The notes: generated by a model not told the origin, from the sequence alone. A stretch of 59,581 nucleotides of DNA, filler included, from Basidiobolus ranarum (GCA_040143965.1; 10 parts of 10 records of this genome joined end to end with filler, not necessarily neighbours in it), one strand, 5' to 3'; shown: positions 23,997-36,970, counted from the whole stretch's first letter. Numbers and translations: made by a program.

Positions 23997-26900
23997 CAAC
24001 CAAGGTCAACATCCACCAGCAATTCCTCAAAGTTGTCTGGACTTTCTGGCTCAACCAAAGTTGCATTTCTATCTACATAATTCTGGTCATAATACTGTGG
24101 TTATTTCATGCTATCTTGACTTTTGGCAGTATTACCAAAACTTTGAGGCAAAGTACAGTCAGTGGACTCAGAGGGCAAAACTAAAGTCAATTTTGTGCAC
24201 TTATTACTGTTGATATTCACCAGGCTTTGCAGCTGGTGGCTTTGAATGGTGATCATGCTTGTGATTTTTTTTCTATGAAGCCTCCCACTTTCATAGCACA
24301 AGAATTTGTGACAATAATAGCAAGGCTTCTTTAAACATTTGTGTTGCAGCATGACAACAATATTGTAGAAAAAAGAGTACCTCCTATGTTAGGGTTGTAT
24401 CTTTAGTATAGCCCATAAATATCATCAGCTGATTCTGAGACAGTGTCACAGATGAGTCATTGGGGGATTTGCAAGATATTCTGGTGATGGATAGCTATTT
24501 TGGTTTATTATAAGCTATTTCTGAGCAATTTCATTACACCAAGTTTACCATCCAAAAACATCAATGCCATTCTAAAAGAATTCAAAACTCAGGTCAAAAT
24601 TGGCTTCCAAGCCAAATCCTGCTGGCACAAAAGGAAAAAAACAAGCAAGAACAGAGGACTTAATTGATGAGCAGTCTAGCCATCCACTATCCACTTTGGA
24701 AGACATTAAAGTGCTCCCTAACAAAAATAAAATCAATTTGATCTGGATTAGATCCACCCTTGAAAAGAGCAAAACCATCAGAGAACCATCACAATATTGG
24801 TGGCTTGCATTCTGCCAGGGATTTTGATGGTGTGATGGTGGTTTCTTGATGGTATTTTGAAGGTATTCATACATGTTAAAATATTGATCTTCAAATTTGG
24901 TATGTGTTATTCAATATCCGGCAATTTTTGCAAAAATCTAATTTTTGAATGGCAATTTACTGGGTTCACTGCTGTAGGAATTCAAATTAATATGCATGCC
25001 TTTATTTAGATATTTTAGGCTTTGCATTCCAGCCATAATGAGAATCAAAAAATACAAGAATCTTGTGTTTCATCTCTACATATGCACATACTTGACTGAT
25101 TAGACGTAACTAAACAACATCAATATGCTTAACCAGCCAACTAATGGTGGAAAAATTGCTAAACTTCTGAAATTTTGAATAGCACTGACACTTGGCAAAT
25201 AGCTGATTCCTGTTACCATTCACAATGAGAATAAACTCTTGGATTTGGCAAATTTCTGTAAAGAATTCAGCCAATATATCCCTGACTTGCAGTCAACAAA
25301 TGTCCTGCCACAAGTCAACGTGCCATTGCTTGAATGGATTACCCCATGGCTGAAACAATAATACTGTGTATCTCCATCTCTCTAACCAAGAAGTCTGTCT
25401 TGCAGCTTTCCTAAAAATACCATCAGATTATCACACAAACAAATTAATCCAAATTATAGAGTCACTTACTCTGTGTCCATGCATTGGGCTTTGTTGCTCT
25501 TATTGTGCTCAAACAATGTGAAAACCTGTGAGCACATTGAAAAGAGCCCTTTGTTGGAAGGTTAATATACTCTGGAGTCTCCTTAACCCATTGCATTACA
25601 TCTATCACTGATTTTGCTGATACATTGTTATTCAGATTAGCATATGGTAATACTGACAATCTCATGTGGAGCATCATTTCACCACAGGTGTGCTCCATTG
25701 GGAACTCCCAGAATGTATAGCAAAGGCCTATAATCTCTAAGCATTGTGAAAGATGCAGCAGGGAATGTATTGAATACCAGCATAGATTCAGTCTATGTTC
25801 TTTAAACCTGTAATGAAGCTTTTCATATCAAATTACAAAATCTCTGCACAGTTGCTGTAGCTGCCTGAGATTGGCCAATGTGAGTTGATGCTGTAAGAAT
25901 ATATTAGCAATATCAACAAACAACTCCTAATGTTGCCAATACTTATCATGCAAAAATCTTTTCAAGATTCCACTTGAATATATACAAATACAATACTTCT
26001 GGTCTTTGCATTTGAGTAAACACCCAGGAGAGTGGATATTGCTGGTAGTCCTGGTAGAATATGATGGTAGTGCTATCCATCAAGTATATTTGTAATACCA
26101 TGAGCTTTACAGTGAGTACTTGGGTATTGGATCAATGATATATACTTGGGTGATTTTATCTAAACTCTAAGACAGTGAATCAATGGTATATAAGCCAAGT
26201 ACAAACAATAATTACCTGATTCAGTGATTGCCAATTGTGTGCAAACAGTACTTGACTTCAGGTTTTTCAGATCACTGGTGAAAGTCAAACAACCATTTGG
26301 ACATCAAGGAAGTTTAATTACTGAAGGATTATAAGTCAGACAATTGACAAGTGTTTTCCACTTGTACCAGATCTGTAGCAAGCAACAGTTGCCAATCAAC
26401 TGTGGTAAAAGTGTAAGAAAGCCAATAAACACCTGGTTGCTAAGACTGGATTGAACTCTCCACTCCTCAATAATCAAAGCTGCTTCCATTACTTTAAGTA
26501 TTATGAGTGGACTAATGCTTGCCAATAGCAAAGAGTCTGTAACAAAACTGTTGTCTTCTTCAACTTCTGATATACTACCAACAGTAATGGAGTAACCAAA
26601 GTCTACATCTAGCAGCATGTTTTCAAAATTGTCTGTACTTGCTGGTTTGACCAAAGCTGCATTTCTACCTACATCATTCTGGTCATATAACTGTGATAAC
26701 TCCATGGTATCTTGACTTTTGGCAGTGTTACCAATATGTTTAGGCAAAGCAGAGCCAGTGAACTGAGTGGGCAAAACTAAATCTAATTTTGCACTTATTA
26801 CTGTTGATGTTCACAAGGCTTTGTGCAGCTGGTGGCTTTCTAAAGTGACCATGCTTGTCATCATTTTTTCTATGAAGCCACTGCCTTTCATAGCATAAGA

Positions 26901-29783
26901 ATTTGTGACAATGATAGCAAGGCTTCTTCAAATGTTTGTATTGTGGCATGAGAAGGATATTGTGGGAAAAAGAACACTTCCTAAGCTAGGGTGGTATTTT
27001 TGGTATATCTCATCAATATTATCAGCCAATTCTGAGATGGTACTACAGATAAGCCTTCAGGGGATTCACAAGATATTTCTGGTAAAGGATGGCATTTTTT
27101 GTTTATTATAAGCTGCCTCCAAGCAATTTCATTATACCAAGTTTACCATCTGAAAATTTCAATGCAATTCAAAAAGTATTCAAAATCTAAATCAAAATTG
27201 GCTCCTAAGCAAAAGCTAGCTGGCACAAGAGGAAAAGAAACCCGCAAGAACAGAGGACTTAATTGATAAGCAGTCTATTAATCCACTATCTGCTTTGGAA
27301 GGCATCAACTTGCCTGAAACTAGCTCAAGTAATGATGAAGCATTAATCAATTTACCAGATGTGTTCCTTTCCAGCAATAGTGCAAGTGAAGAGATTGTAA
27401 TCCCCCAATTATGTAGCAAATCAATAATTGCGCAAAGTTCAACAGAAGCACCATTAAGACACCATTAATGATTTTTATGCAATCATAAGTAATACTTCAA
27501 AGTTGCTATACAGGCCATGAGAAGCAATAATGCCACAATATTGCAATAAATGAAGCACCTAGTCAACAGTTAGAGAGTCAATCAACAATCATACAAGACC
27601 TTCAGAATGCTGTACTTGAGCTACAGCAACATGCTGTTCCCTCCATCCATTCTCATATGGGATATCAATTAATCCCACACCATACATATGAACATCACTG
27701 TGACAATCAAGCAGAGCAGAATATGTGTTGGACCATTAAGCCTACTCAATGACCCAAAATTGGTTGGGCATGTGAAAGTAGAGGTCTTGTAGGAAAACTG
27801 GCTAACCCAAAAGACTATGAACATCAGAGCTGCCATCCCTTGATCTGATGATGGGTGGTTTAACAATTTGGAAATTATGTGGAATCTTGCCCAAAATCTC
27901 CTCAATCTGAGCCAATTGTGGAAAAACCAAAACCAGGATGTTACTCTGAAGGTTCCTCACTTATTTCATGTGGCTTATCCTGGGCTTTTGCAAGCAAATG
28001 GCCATTGGCCTAGTACAGGCCTAATCATGAAACATCTAAACAATATATGCAATTCTTAACTTGGATAAAACAGAAAAGCAGCTGAAGTAGTACTCAAGGA
28101 GCAGCAAGTAAGTACACCCAAGGGAAAAGCAAAGGTGCCAGGAAGATTAGACTCCACTGTCCCACTTATCAAATTCTTCACAACGTTACAAAGATTGGTT
28201 TTTCCAGAGTTAGATATACTGGCAAAAAAGCTTAATTTCATCATAGAACCAGGTACACCAGTTGAAGAATGCTAAATTTGGAAGTTTATCCAACACCTGG
28301 CATCTCTCAACAAGCTAAAATACCAGCAAATAAAACTTATGGCTCTCCAATCTCAACTAGTACTTTTCAAAGTGTTGAGGTTAGCCCCAAACTCAAAGGC
28401 AAGCAAAAAGCTGCACAAACACCACAAAGCACCACATTCAGTCTGATGTTGACCATGCAGATATCTAGGAAGAACTTGATCCAGAGCGGCATAATATTGG
28501 AGGGTATCCACCAGATAGCCGGAAGAATTTGGATTTAGCAACATTAATACAATGGTGGGCTTTGATGGAGATATTGATCCAAACTCAAGTTGGATATGAG
28601 CTAAACCTTAAGTATGAAGAACTCTATAAAAATATTTGGGAAAATACATCAAAAATCTAGGGATTTTGGAGGTGCCAAATTAGCATTCAAGTGGTAGATG
28701 TGTAAAATTTAAGTTATGTTTTTTGGACACATGTTGATCCATAGTTCTCTGAGCTTGTAGCCATTCATGTGCAACTATTTGCAAGATCTTGAAATTTCAC
28801 TCTTGAAACTGAAAAAGTTCACTAAAATCTAATTTAACTTGACAATTTTACAATGGTAACTAAAGAGTAAATACAAAATGGATTAAAACTGTGACAGATT
28901 TCCTACAATAACAATCCTCAAATTTCTGTTAGAGATAGATCATTGATCCAATACCAAAATATTCACCATAAAGCTGGTGGTATTACCAATATACTTAATG
29001 GATATCCCTACCAGAATCTGAAAAGTGAAGGTTTCATTGATAACATGTATGATCATGTATTTGTATTGGCACTGGATGGTTTCTCACTAAGCCAATATAT
29101 CATTAGAAAGGCTTGCTGGCCAATAAATTTAATTAACTTAAATCTTCCTTCTTCAGAATGGTATAAGAGTCATAATATTTTGATACAATCCATCATAACT
29201 GGAGCTAAATCATCAGTGCTCATAGATACCATCATATTTTACCAGGACTCCCATCAATATCCAATCATCTAGGTATTTATTCAAATCCCAAGACTGGAAG
29301 TATTGGATTTGTATATATTCAAGTGGAATCTTGAAAAGATTTCGGCCTGATAAGTATTGGAAACATTGTGAGTTGTTGTGGATATTGTTAATACATTCTT
29401 ATGGCATCAACTCACATTGGCAGATCTCAGGCAGATAGAGCAACTCAGCAAAGAATTTGAAATTGGATATGAAGAACTTTAATACAGGTTTAAAGAAGAT
29501 TGACTGAATTTCTGCCAGTATTCAAGACATTCCCTGCTGCATCTTTCACAATGCTTAGAGATTATAGGCTCTTGATAATACATTCTGGGAGTTCCCAATG
29601 GAGGGCACCAGTGGTAAATGCTGCTCTGTGTGAAATTGTCAGTATTAGCATATGAGTTCCACTCAAGCTGAGTATATATTTCAGTATTAGTTGCAAAATC
29701 TAACATTAAGCTTGACTTTGAACAAATTAGTTCAATATGTTCAGGATTTTGCTGGATGGAGTGCAATTGTATAATTTTGTACA
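23997..29783. mobile_element. cluster of degenerate CACTA/EnSpm-like (Transposase_21-type) transposon copies
   Basis: 28943-29272 encodes VLALDGFS..CWPINLINLNLPSSEWYKSHNILIQSIITG (CACTA motif DGF..WP..NLPP..R..N..IIPG); ~24000-24720 repeats directly at ~26590-27315; ~25640-26140 is an inverted copy of ~28940-29660; many stops; CpG-poor. Confidence 0.75.
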
Positions 29784-29883
29784 NNNNNNNNNNNNNNNNN
29801 NNNNNNNNNNNNNNNNNNNNNNNNNNNTTAATTAATTAANNNNNNNNNNNNNNNNNNNNNNNNNNNNNNNNNNNNNNNNNNNN
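29784..29883. other. artificial contig linker
   Basis: N-TTAATTAATTAA-N. Confidence 0.98.
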
Positions 29884-30074
29884 TATTGACAAAAATTGGA
29901 TATTTGTATGCAAGGCCATCTCAGAAGTGCTAAAATTCAATTTTGATAAGTCAGGATGCACCATAAATTAACAAAGTGGGAATTATTTAGCTTTGAGGGA
30001 GAAGGAACAGAACTTATACAAACTCCTATAAAATCCAAGGATTTATGTGTAAATAGAAGTTATTGCAATTGCAT
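29884..30074 (+). mobile_element. Copia pol fragment (post-protease region)
   Basis: Diverged direct copy of ~31672-31865. Confidence 0.7.
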
Positions 30075-31098
30075 AGAGTAGGAAGTTGACATTTATAGTT
30101 TTGTCAAGATATAAGCAAACCAACAAGTAAAATATGTTAAGAAAGGTCCTAGGAACATGGGTGCAATGTTTGGTTTTCTAGCACAAGTTTGAAAATCTAT
30201 ATATCTGAGAACTTCTGAGTTGGTAAAAAATGTTCAAGTAAATTCCAATCAAGAATAATGTGTAATAACTCAGCAAAGTACAAGATAACTATGAATTAAG
30301 CTATTTATGACTATACTGGTGCTTTGGCAATGCTAAATCCAACACCCTCACTCAACTAAATAGTCATATAAATGGATCCTACGGAAGGTCTAAATTCCTC
30401 AAATTTCTATCTAGCTAATGGTTTGGTTAATATATCAGCAATCATGTCTCCTGTAGAACAATTAGTTAGTATTAAAGTTTATTGACTTTATCATATTTTT
30501 TATCTCTATCTTTGTACACCTAACTATCTCATATATCACATATAAGTTAGTTAACATTACTTAGTCAAATATCACTTAGCCAAAAATTGGAACATATATT
30601 ATATACATATTGGAATAATGTGAGAATTAGCAATTCCATATTGTAAATTTTAAACTTGTCAAAATTGGCCCAAAAACAGCTCATTTTACTCCCACAAATG
30701 CTCTGAACATAACCCTAGTGTTAGTTTTCTGTATTTTCACCAAAATGTATAAATGCTTCATTTCTGGACAATAAATAATTATCATACAAGGCTATTCACA
30801 ACTCCACTTTTCTAAAGTTCCTCCAAACAGCCCATATTTTCCCAATAGGTAGGTCAATAAACTTTTTTTTAATAGTCTCTCTAATGAAGTGATATCTATT
30901 ATCTAAATGCTTGCTTCTATTATGCAACATGTGATCTTTAGCTAATTTGATACAACTGTGATTATCTTGACATATTGTTGTTGGTAAATTTTGAGAATAA
31001 CCTAAATCTTATAAGAGCTTTCTTATTCATATTGCATCTTTTGTAACTTCACAGGCATCCATGTATTCTGCTTCTATTGCTCAAAGTGCTACAGTAGT
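30075..31098 (-). mobile_element. 3' end of Copia element A: RNase H remnant, PPT and 3' LTR (30075-30344)
   Basis: Minus strand TTVAL.AIEAEYM..DMIADILTKPL; purine tract TGAGTGAGGG directly before TGTTGG LTR-A start. Confidence 0.85.
30470..30847 (-). mobile_element. solo LTR family B (~378 bp) inserted in RNase H of element A (strand relative to the 33311 copy)
   Basis: Inverted copy of 33311-33689; flanks GTTAG/GGTAG (5-bp TSD, 1 mismatch); removal restores IDLT.CSTGDMIAD. Confidence 0.8.
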
Positions 31099-31099
31099 G

Positions 31100-33310
31100 T
31101 TGTGTCCAAGAGAAAAGTGGATAAGAAGTCTTGAACTTTACTTAACCAAAGAAACAGTCAAGCACAGAATCTTATAACTGTTCAAGCAGAATATATTAGC
31201 ATGGCTCTCATGTGAATCTAAGAATGCCTGATTTTAGCAATTTTGGTCAAGTCAAGATTTGTACATGTTGGGATAGACCCTGGATTACATTCTTCCACTT
31301 TGAAATTCTTTAGTATATCTAGGTTATACTAAGAACCAGCAATATAAGCAAAGAGTTCTTTAAAAGATTTGTAAAAGAAGAAAACCATATGGAATCTGGC
31401 AATGTGGTAGGACAGATGATTACTTGCTCAAAACTGCTCTATCTATGATAACCAAAAAGGATGCCACATACAATTTATGATTCTTTAGCCTTCCCACATT
31501 TCACAAATGAAAACATTGGTTTGTAAGTTGTGAAAAAATTCCATCTAGAGAGGCTTTCATAAGAGATGACTATATATTGGATGCCATAGGCATGGGAATA
31601 ATTCAAGTTAATTTACCTAGTGCTTCTGAAGAGATAGTGTACACTTTCAAGGAGGTACTACATACTGAAGGTATTGCCAAGAATTTATTATCTGAATGCA
31701 AGGACAGTTCAGAAGGACTAAAATTCAATTTTGATAAGTCAAGATACACCATTATTAATGAAAGTAGCAATTATTCAGCTTTGGGGGAAAAGGAACAGAA
31801 CTAATACTAACTCTTATAAAATCCAAGTGTTTATATGTTAATAGAAGTTATTGCAATTAATATACTATTAAATTATGGCTTAAGAGATTGAGCCATATTT
31901 GACTTGATTTTTGGTGCAAAATGATTCAGAAGCACCTGATTGCTGGAATTTCAATTAGCCCCCTGACTAAAATGAAAATTTGTGATAGTTGTTTATAGGG
32001 GAAAAAATGCCAGACAACTCTACAAGAGCACTGGTTTGGTCAAATGTGTAAAAAATTGGATTTAGTTCACTCAGATTTGTGTGGACTTGTGCAAATTTTT
32101 CTTTAGAGGGAAACAGATGTGTAATCATGTTTATTGATGATTCTGCAAGATATACTTGTGTCAACTTTGTAGAGAGAAAAGATGAAGCTCTGTCTATCTT
32201 GCATGCTTTGAAAACTCTTGTGAAGACTGAAACTGGAACCAAAATCAATAGAATACATACTGATAATAGTGGAGAATATACTTCAATACTATTTGATCAC
32301 TTTTGCAAAGCTCATGGAATTGAGCCAGAAAGTACTGCTCCCTATTCACCTGAACAAAATGGAGTAGCAGAAAGTGCTAACATGACTATAATAGCAATGG
32401 CAAGATTTATAATAAATGCACAGAATTTATCTTGTAATTTGAGGCACAATCTGCTGCTACAGCCCTATATCTGAAGAATAGGAGCAATACTAGAAGTTTG
32501 TCTAGCTCTGCACCATAGCAAGCTTGGTTTGTAATTCAGCCTGATGTAAATCATTTGAGGATCTTGGGATGCACTGCTTATGTCAAAACTATGATCAAAA
32601 ACTGGTCTGAAATTCATTCAAAAGATAAGTGATACATATTTCTAGGCTCTTGTACTCAAACTCAGGCCTACAGACTCTATGATACCAAAGTTCTAAAGTT
32701 AGTCAAGGTCAGGGATGTTTTGTTTGATGAAAATCAAGAGTTCACATGGAATGGCCTCATATCATGATGAAAATCAATTCTCTCCTGATCCAATCATTCA
32801 AATTAATTCAAACCCAGACAATGAAGATATTAGCTTTTCTGTGGACCCTTCAACTAGAATTCAGGCTACTATGGTGCCCAATACAGTGCCAAGAGTTGTA
32901 GTAGCTTTATCCCAAACCAGGATATCATATTGAATAAGAAATGGCAATGCTAACACACAGCTCAAGTATATGAGCCCCTGGCTGTAAAAGAGGTCTGCAA
33001 TAGTCTGCACATAAAGTTTTGAGATCTGCAATTGCTGATGAGTACCAGGCTTTAATTGATAATCAAGCTTGGATTTTAACCAACTTACCCGATGATTGAA
33101 AATCAATGGCTGTCAATGGGTGTTTAAAGTCAAATACAATACTGATACCAATATAGAGTGGTAAAAGACTAGACTTGTAGCCAATAGCTATTCCCAAATG
33201 CCAGGTTTAGACTCTACAGAGACTTTTGCACCCATAGCAAACTTTAATTTAACTAGATTGATTTTGACAAATTTAGCTGAATAGCCATATATTGCATATC
33301 AAATGGTATT
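31100..33310 (+). mobile_element. degenerate Ty1/Copia internal region (protease-integrase-start of RT)
   Basis: Integrase LVHSDL..FIDDSARY..IHTDNSGEY..TAPYSPEQNGVAE; RT start WVFKVK..KTRLVA..Q.PGLD..ETFAP; stops and frameshifts. Confidence 0.88.
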
Positions 33311-33689
33311 TATTGGGAAAATATGGGCTGTTTGGAGGAACTTTAGAGAAAGTGGAGTTGTGAATAGCTTTGTGAGATAATTGTTTATTGTCCAGAAATG
33401 AAGCATTTATACATTTTGGTGGAAATACAGAAAACTAACACTATGGTTGTGTTCAGAACATCTGTGGGAGTAAACTGAGCTTTTTTTGGGGAAATTTGGA
33501 TGAGTTTGAACTATCCAATATGGAATTGCTAATTCTCACATGATTTATGTATACATATAATATATGCTCTGTTTTGCAGTTAAGTGCTATTTGACTAAGT
33601 AATGTTAACTAACTTAAATGTGATATATCAAATAGTTAGGTGTATAAAGATAGAAATAACAAATATGATAAAGGCAATAAACTTCAACA
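33311..33689 (+). mobile_element. LTR family B copy
   Basis: T(A/G)TTG...CAACA ends; truncates the Copia RT at the HQMD-like motif; homologous to 30470-30847. Confidence 0.8.
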
Positions 33690-33719
33690 ATAAGTAAATA
33701 TTAAATGTACTGTATAATA

Positions 33720-34465
33720 GTTATACAGTGTCAAGGAATAAAATGTTTTGGTAGATAAATAGTATATCAAGACAAAAAGCATCAATAGTTTGAAAGTGTT
33801 AAAGGATGAAATATGTTGATGAATGAGAGGTTTTAACAGATCAAAGGTGTTACAGGATGCAAAGTGCTAATCAGCCAAAAGTGGTAATGGCTCAAAAGTG
33901 ATTAAGGATAAAAAGTGTTGATGGAGGAAAAGTGTTAATAGATCAATAATGTTGAAGAATAAAAAGTGTTAGTGGGTAAAAAGTGTTGATTCAAAGAAGT
34001 GTGTTATGAAATGAAAAGTGTGAATGTATAGGTAGTGTTGATAGATGCAAAGTGTTATTGGATAAACATGTTGATGAATGATAAGTGTTAATGAATAAAT
34101 GGCTTTAATGGAGTAAAAGTGTTAATAGAAGAATATGACTGAAGCATAATCATTGTTGATGGAAGAAGAGTGTTATCAGATGAAAAGTGTAAATGTATAA
34201 ATAGTGTTGATGGATGCAAAGTGCTAATGGATACAACATGTTGATGGATGACAAATGTTAATGGAGAAATGGTTTTAATGGATGAAAAGTGTTAATGGAT
34301 AAAAGGAGCTGATGGATGAAAAGCAGTAATAGATCAAAAGGGTGAATAGGTAAACAGTTTCAATAGACTCAAATCATTGATAGATACAAGGTGTTAAAGG
34401 TTAAACTATGTTAATGGATGTGAAGTGTCATCACATCAAACTTATCAGTACATAAATGTTGAAAA
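33720..34465 (+). repeat. degenerate 17-bp tandem array (consensus ~GGATGAAAAGTGTTAAT), ~40 units, with a ~168-bp higher-order duplication
   Basis: e.g. ggataaaaagtgttgat|ggaggaaaagtgttaat|agatcaataatgttgaa|gaataaaaagtgttagt; 34011-34130 resembles 34180-34300. Confidence 0.85.
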
Positions 34466-35751
34466 TAGATCAAAACAATCCCTAACAAAAAAAATTTAAA
34501 TTTGCATTTCATACTATTTTGTGACTGTTTCATAATGGTATTCAGCTGGTATTGCAACAATTTTCTTATGGTTTCTCTACCAGTCTTTTTTTCCTCCCAT
34601 TTTCTTATGTTATTTCAACCCCTATATTTGTGTTTTCTCTGGTTTTCCTCTGGTATTCATTCCCAAATTTTTCATAGGGAATGAAAGATACAAAGTATTA
34701 ACAAACAAAAGTGCTAATAAATAAAGAGTGCTAATATATAGGAAGTGTTAAATCCTGAAAACTGTTGACAGAAACAAGTGTCAGTGGATGAAGTCAGTCT
34801 GAAAACTGAATGAAGAAAATAACTAATTCCCAATGTTAAAGTGTTAAGACCTTGATGCAATAATATGATACTCTTGAAGTAGAGTAGTAGCCACTTCAAA
34901 CAGAAACATTATAATACAATTTACTAAAGATCTTAATAGAAATTGTTATATTTCAATAGAGCTATAAATTTTCACTTGATGTAAAAGGAAAAAAAGGGTT
35001 GAAGAAGTGAAAATGTTTATGAATAACATTTGTTCATCAACGAGCAAAATTGGGAGGGACAGCAAGAGAGAAGCAAATTAAACAATTTCAAGTGTATATG
35101 AAAGCATAATTAGAATCAGCAATCAAATTTATCTAGATTTTGAGCAAGGGCTGAGAATATGTGACCAATGAAAAAACTGGTACTATCTTAGCTGGGATTT
35201 TGGAGTTTTCAATCAATTGGGAAAATTATATGATTGAGCTTCACCCCATACTTAAGCCTCCTGTTTGGCAAGATTTCAAGAACTCTAGTAGCAAAATCAC
35301 CATTCCTCAAATTAGTTGCTTTATTATTTCCTGAGAGGTGCCCAATACTAGTCTAATAAGAGTAATTCAGATTGATTCAAAAGCTGTGAATAATTCAAAC
35401 TTAATTATGTCAGTTTGCTAACTTTGTAATAGTGCTTTTCTTGTCTTTTACAATTCAATTTGTTACCTTTTTTAAATCCTTTTTTTAGTCATATTCTATT
35501 GGCAAAATAAAGTCTTAATATAGAATAATTTATGGAATAAATCTTATATTTTGCCAAATTGCAAATAGCTATGGAACACAAGTGCCAATACTCAACAAAA
35601 CCTAATTGCTAAGGAGTAGTTAAAAATATAAAGTATGGATAAGTGAATTGAGTTGATGAATAACAAATATTAACAGATTAAAGCCACAAATGAGCTTAAG
35701 TACTAGTAGAAAGCAACTAATAATGAAAGGTAGTCATATAGGGTATGTATC

Positions 35752-35851
35752 NNNNNNNNNNNNNNNNNNNNNNNNNNNNNNNNNNNNNNNNNNNNTTAAT
35801 TAATTAANNNNNNNNNNNNNNNNNNNNNNNNNNNNNNNNNNNNNNNNNNNN
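35752..35851. other. artificial contig linker
   Basis: N-TTAATTAATTAA-N. Confidence 0.98.
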
Positions 35852-36741
35852 AATCACCAGTGTATATAGATAGCTTCTTGCCACCTCTAATTGCAGAATT
35901 TGATTGGGTAGCGACTGGGGCTCAGACAAGTGAATACTTTTTTAAAGCTAATATCATAGTTTGTATTGATGATACTCCTGCCATCTGTAAACTTGGAGGT
36001 TTTTTGGGCACAATGACTATTGTGCTGTAAATTCTGTCAGATCAATGGAGGTTACTCTACTGGGCATACACATTACAACTATCCAAATATAACACTGAAC
36101 TCCATGATTCTACTGTTAAGAGCCTGGTTGAACTCCATTATGCCCACTGATATCAATTCCCAAAGAGTCAGTCTAACATCAAACTTTGGATTGGCCATAA
36201 GCCTAAGATTATATTGCTAAAGGGAATCAGTTGGAGCCGGAGCTTTCCATTAGGCACTATGCACTTACTATTAAACAACATTCCACAACTACATACTCAG
36301 CTGTATAGTGGAAAATTCAATCTGAATGAGCCATTCAAGATAGGATCAAAGTTTGAATCAATTGGGAAAATGTTTGAAAATGTCAAGCTGCCATGAAATT
36401 TTACCAGGACTACCAGTAATGTCCACTCATATATGTATTTATTTTAGTGTAAAGGCTGGAAGTTTTATATCTGTTTATTTTCAAGTGGAATCTTGAAGAT
36501 ATTTCTGCCTGATAAGTACTGGCAACACTGGGAGTTGTTTGTGGATATAGTTTATATATTCTTATTGCATCAATTCACATTGGCAGATCTCAAGCAGATA
36601 TAACAACTGTGCAAAGATTTTGTAACTGGATATGAAAATCATTATCACAGGCTTCAAGAAGATAGAATTAATCTATACTGGTATTTAATACATTTCCTGC
36701 TGCATCTTTCACAGTGCTTAGAGATTATAGGCCCTTGCTAT
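35852..36741 (+). mobile_element. CACTA-like transposase remnant (central part)
   Basis: DDTPAICKLGGFLGHN..C.FC..FPLGTMHLLLNN; 36390-36740 homologous to 29228-29580. Confidence 0.75.
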
Positions 36742-36970
36742 TGTTAAAGTATTTTGGAGCCTGTTTGAAGTAGTTTGGAGAACTAGAGAAATTGGAGGTT
36801 TTCACTTACTGATTTGTTGAGTATTCAGTTAACATTTATAGTTTTGTCAAAATGTAAACAAACTATTAAGTACAATATGTTAATGAAGGTCCCAGGAGTA
36901 TGTGTGCAGAGTTGGGCCTACTAACACTAGTTTGAAAAAAATTTGTATATCTGAGAACTTCCAAGTTGGT
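36742..36970 (-). mobile_element. Copia LTR family A, 3' two-thirds
   Basis: Reverse complement match to LTR-A; interrupts the CACTA remnant. Confidence 0.82.

Noticed and set aside
33720..34465. CRISPR-like array
   Set aside because: Units are contiguous and degenerate, with no unique spacers and no cas genes; eukaryotic context
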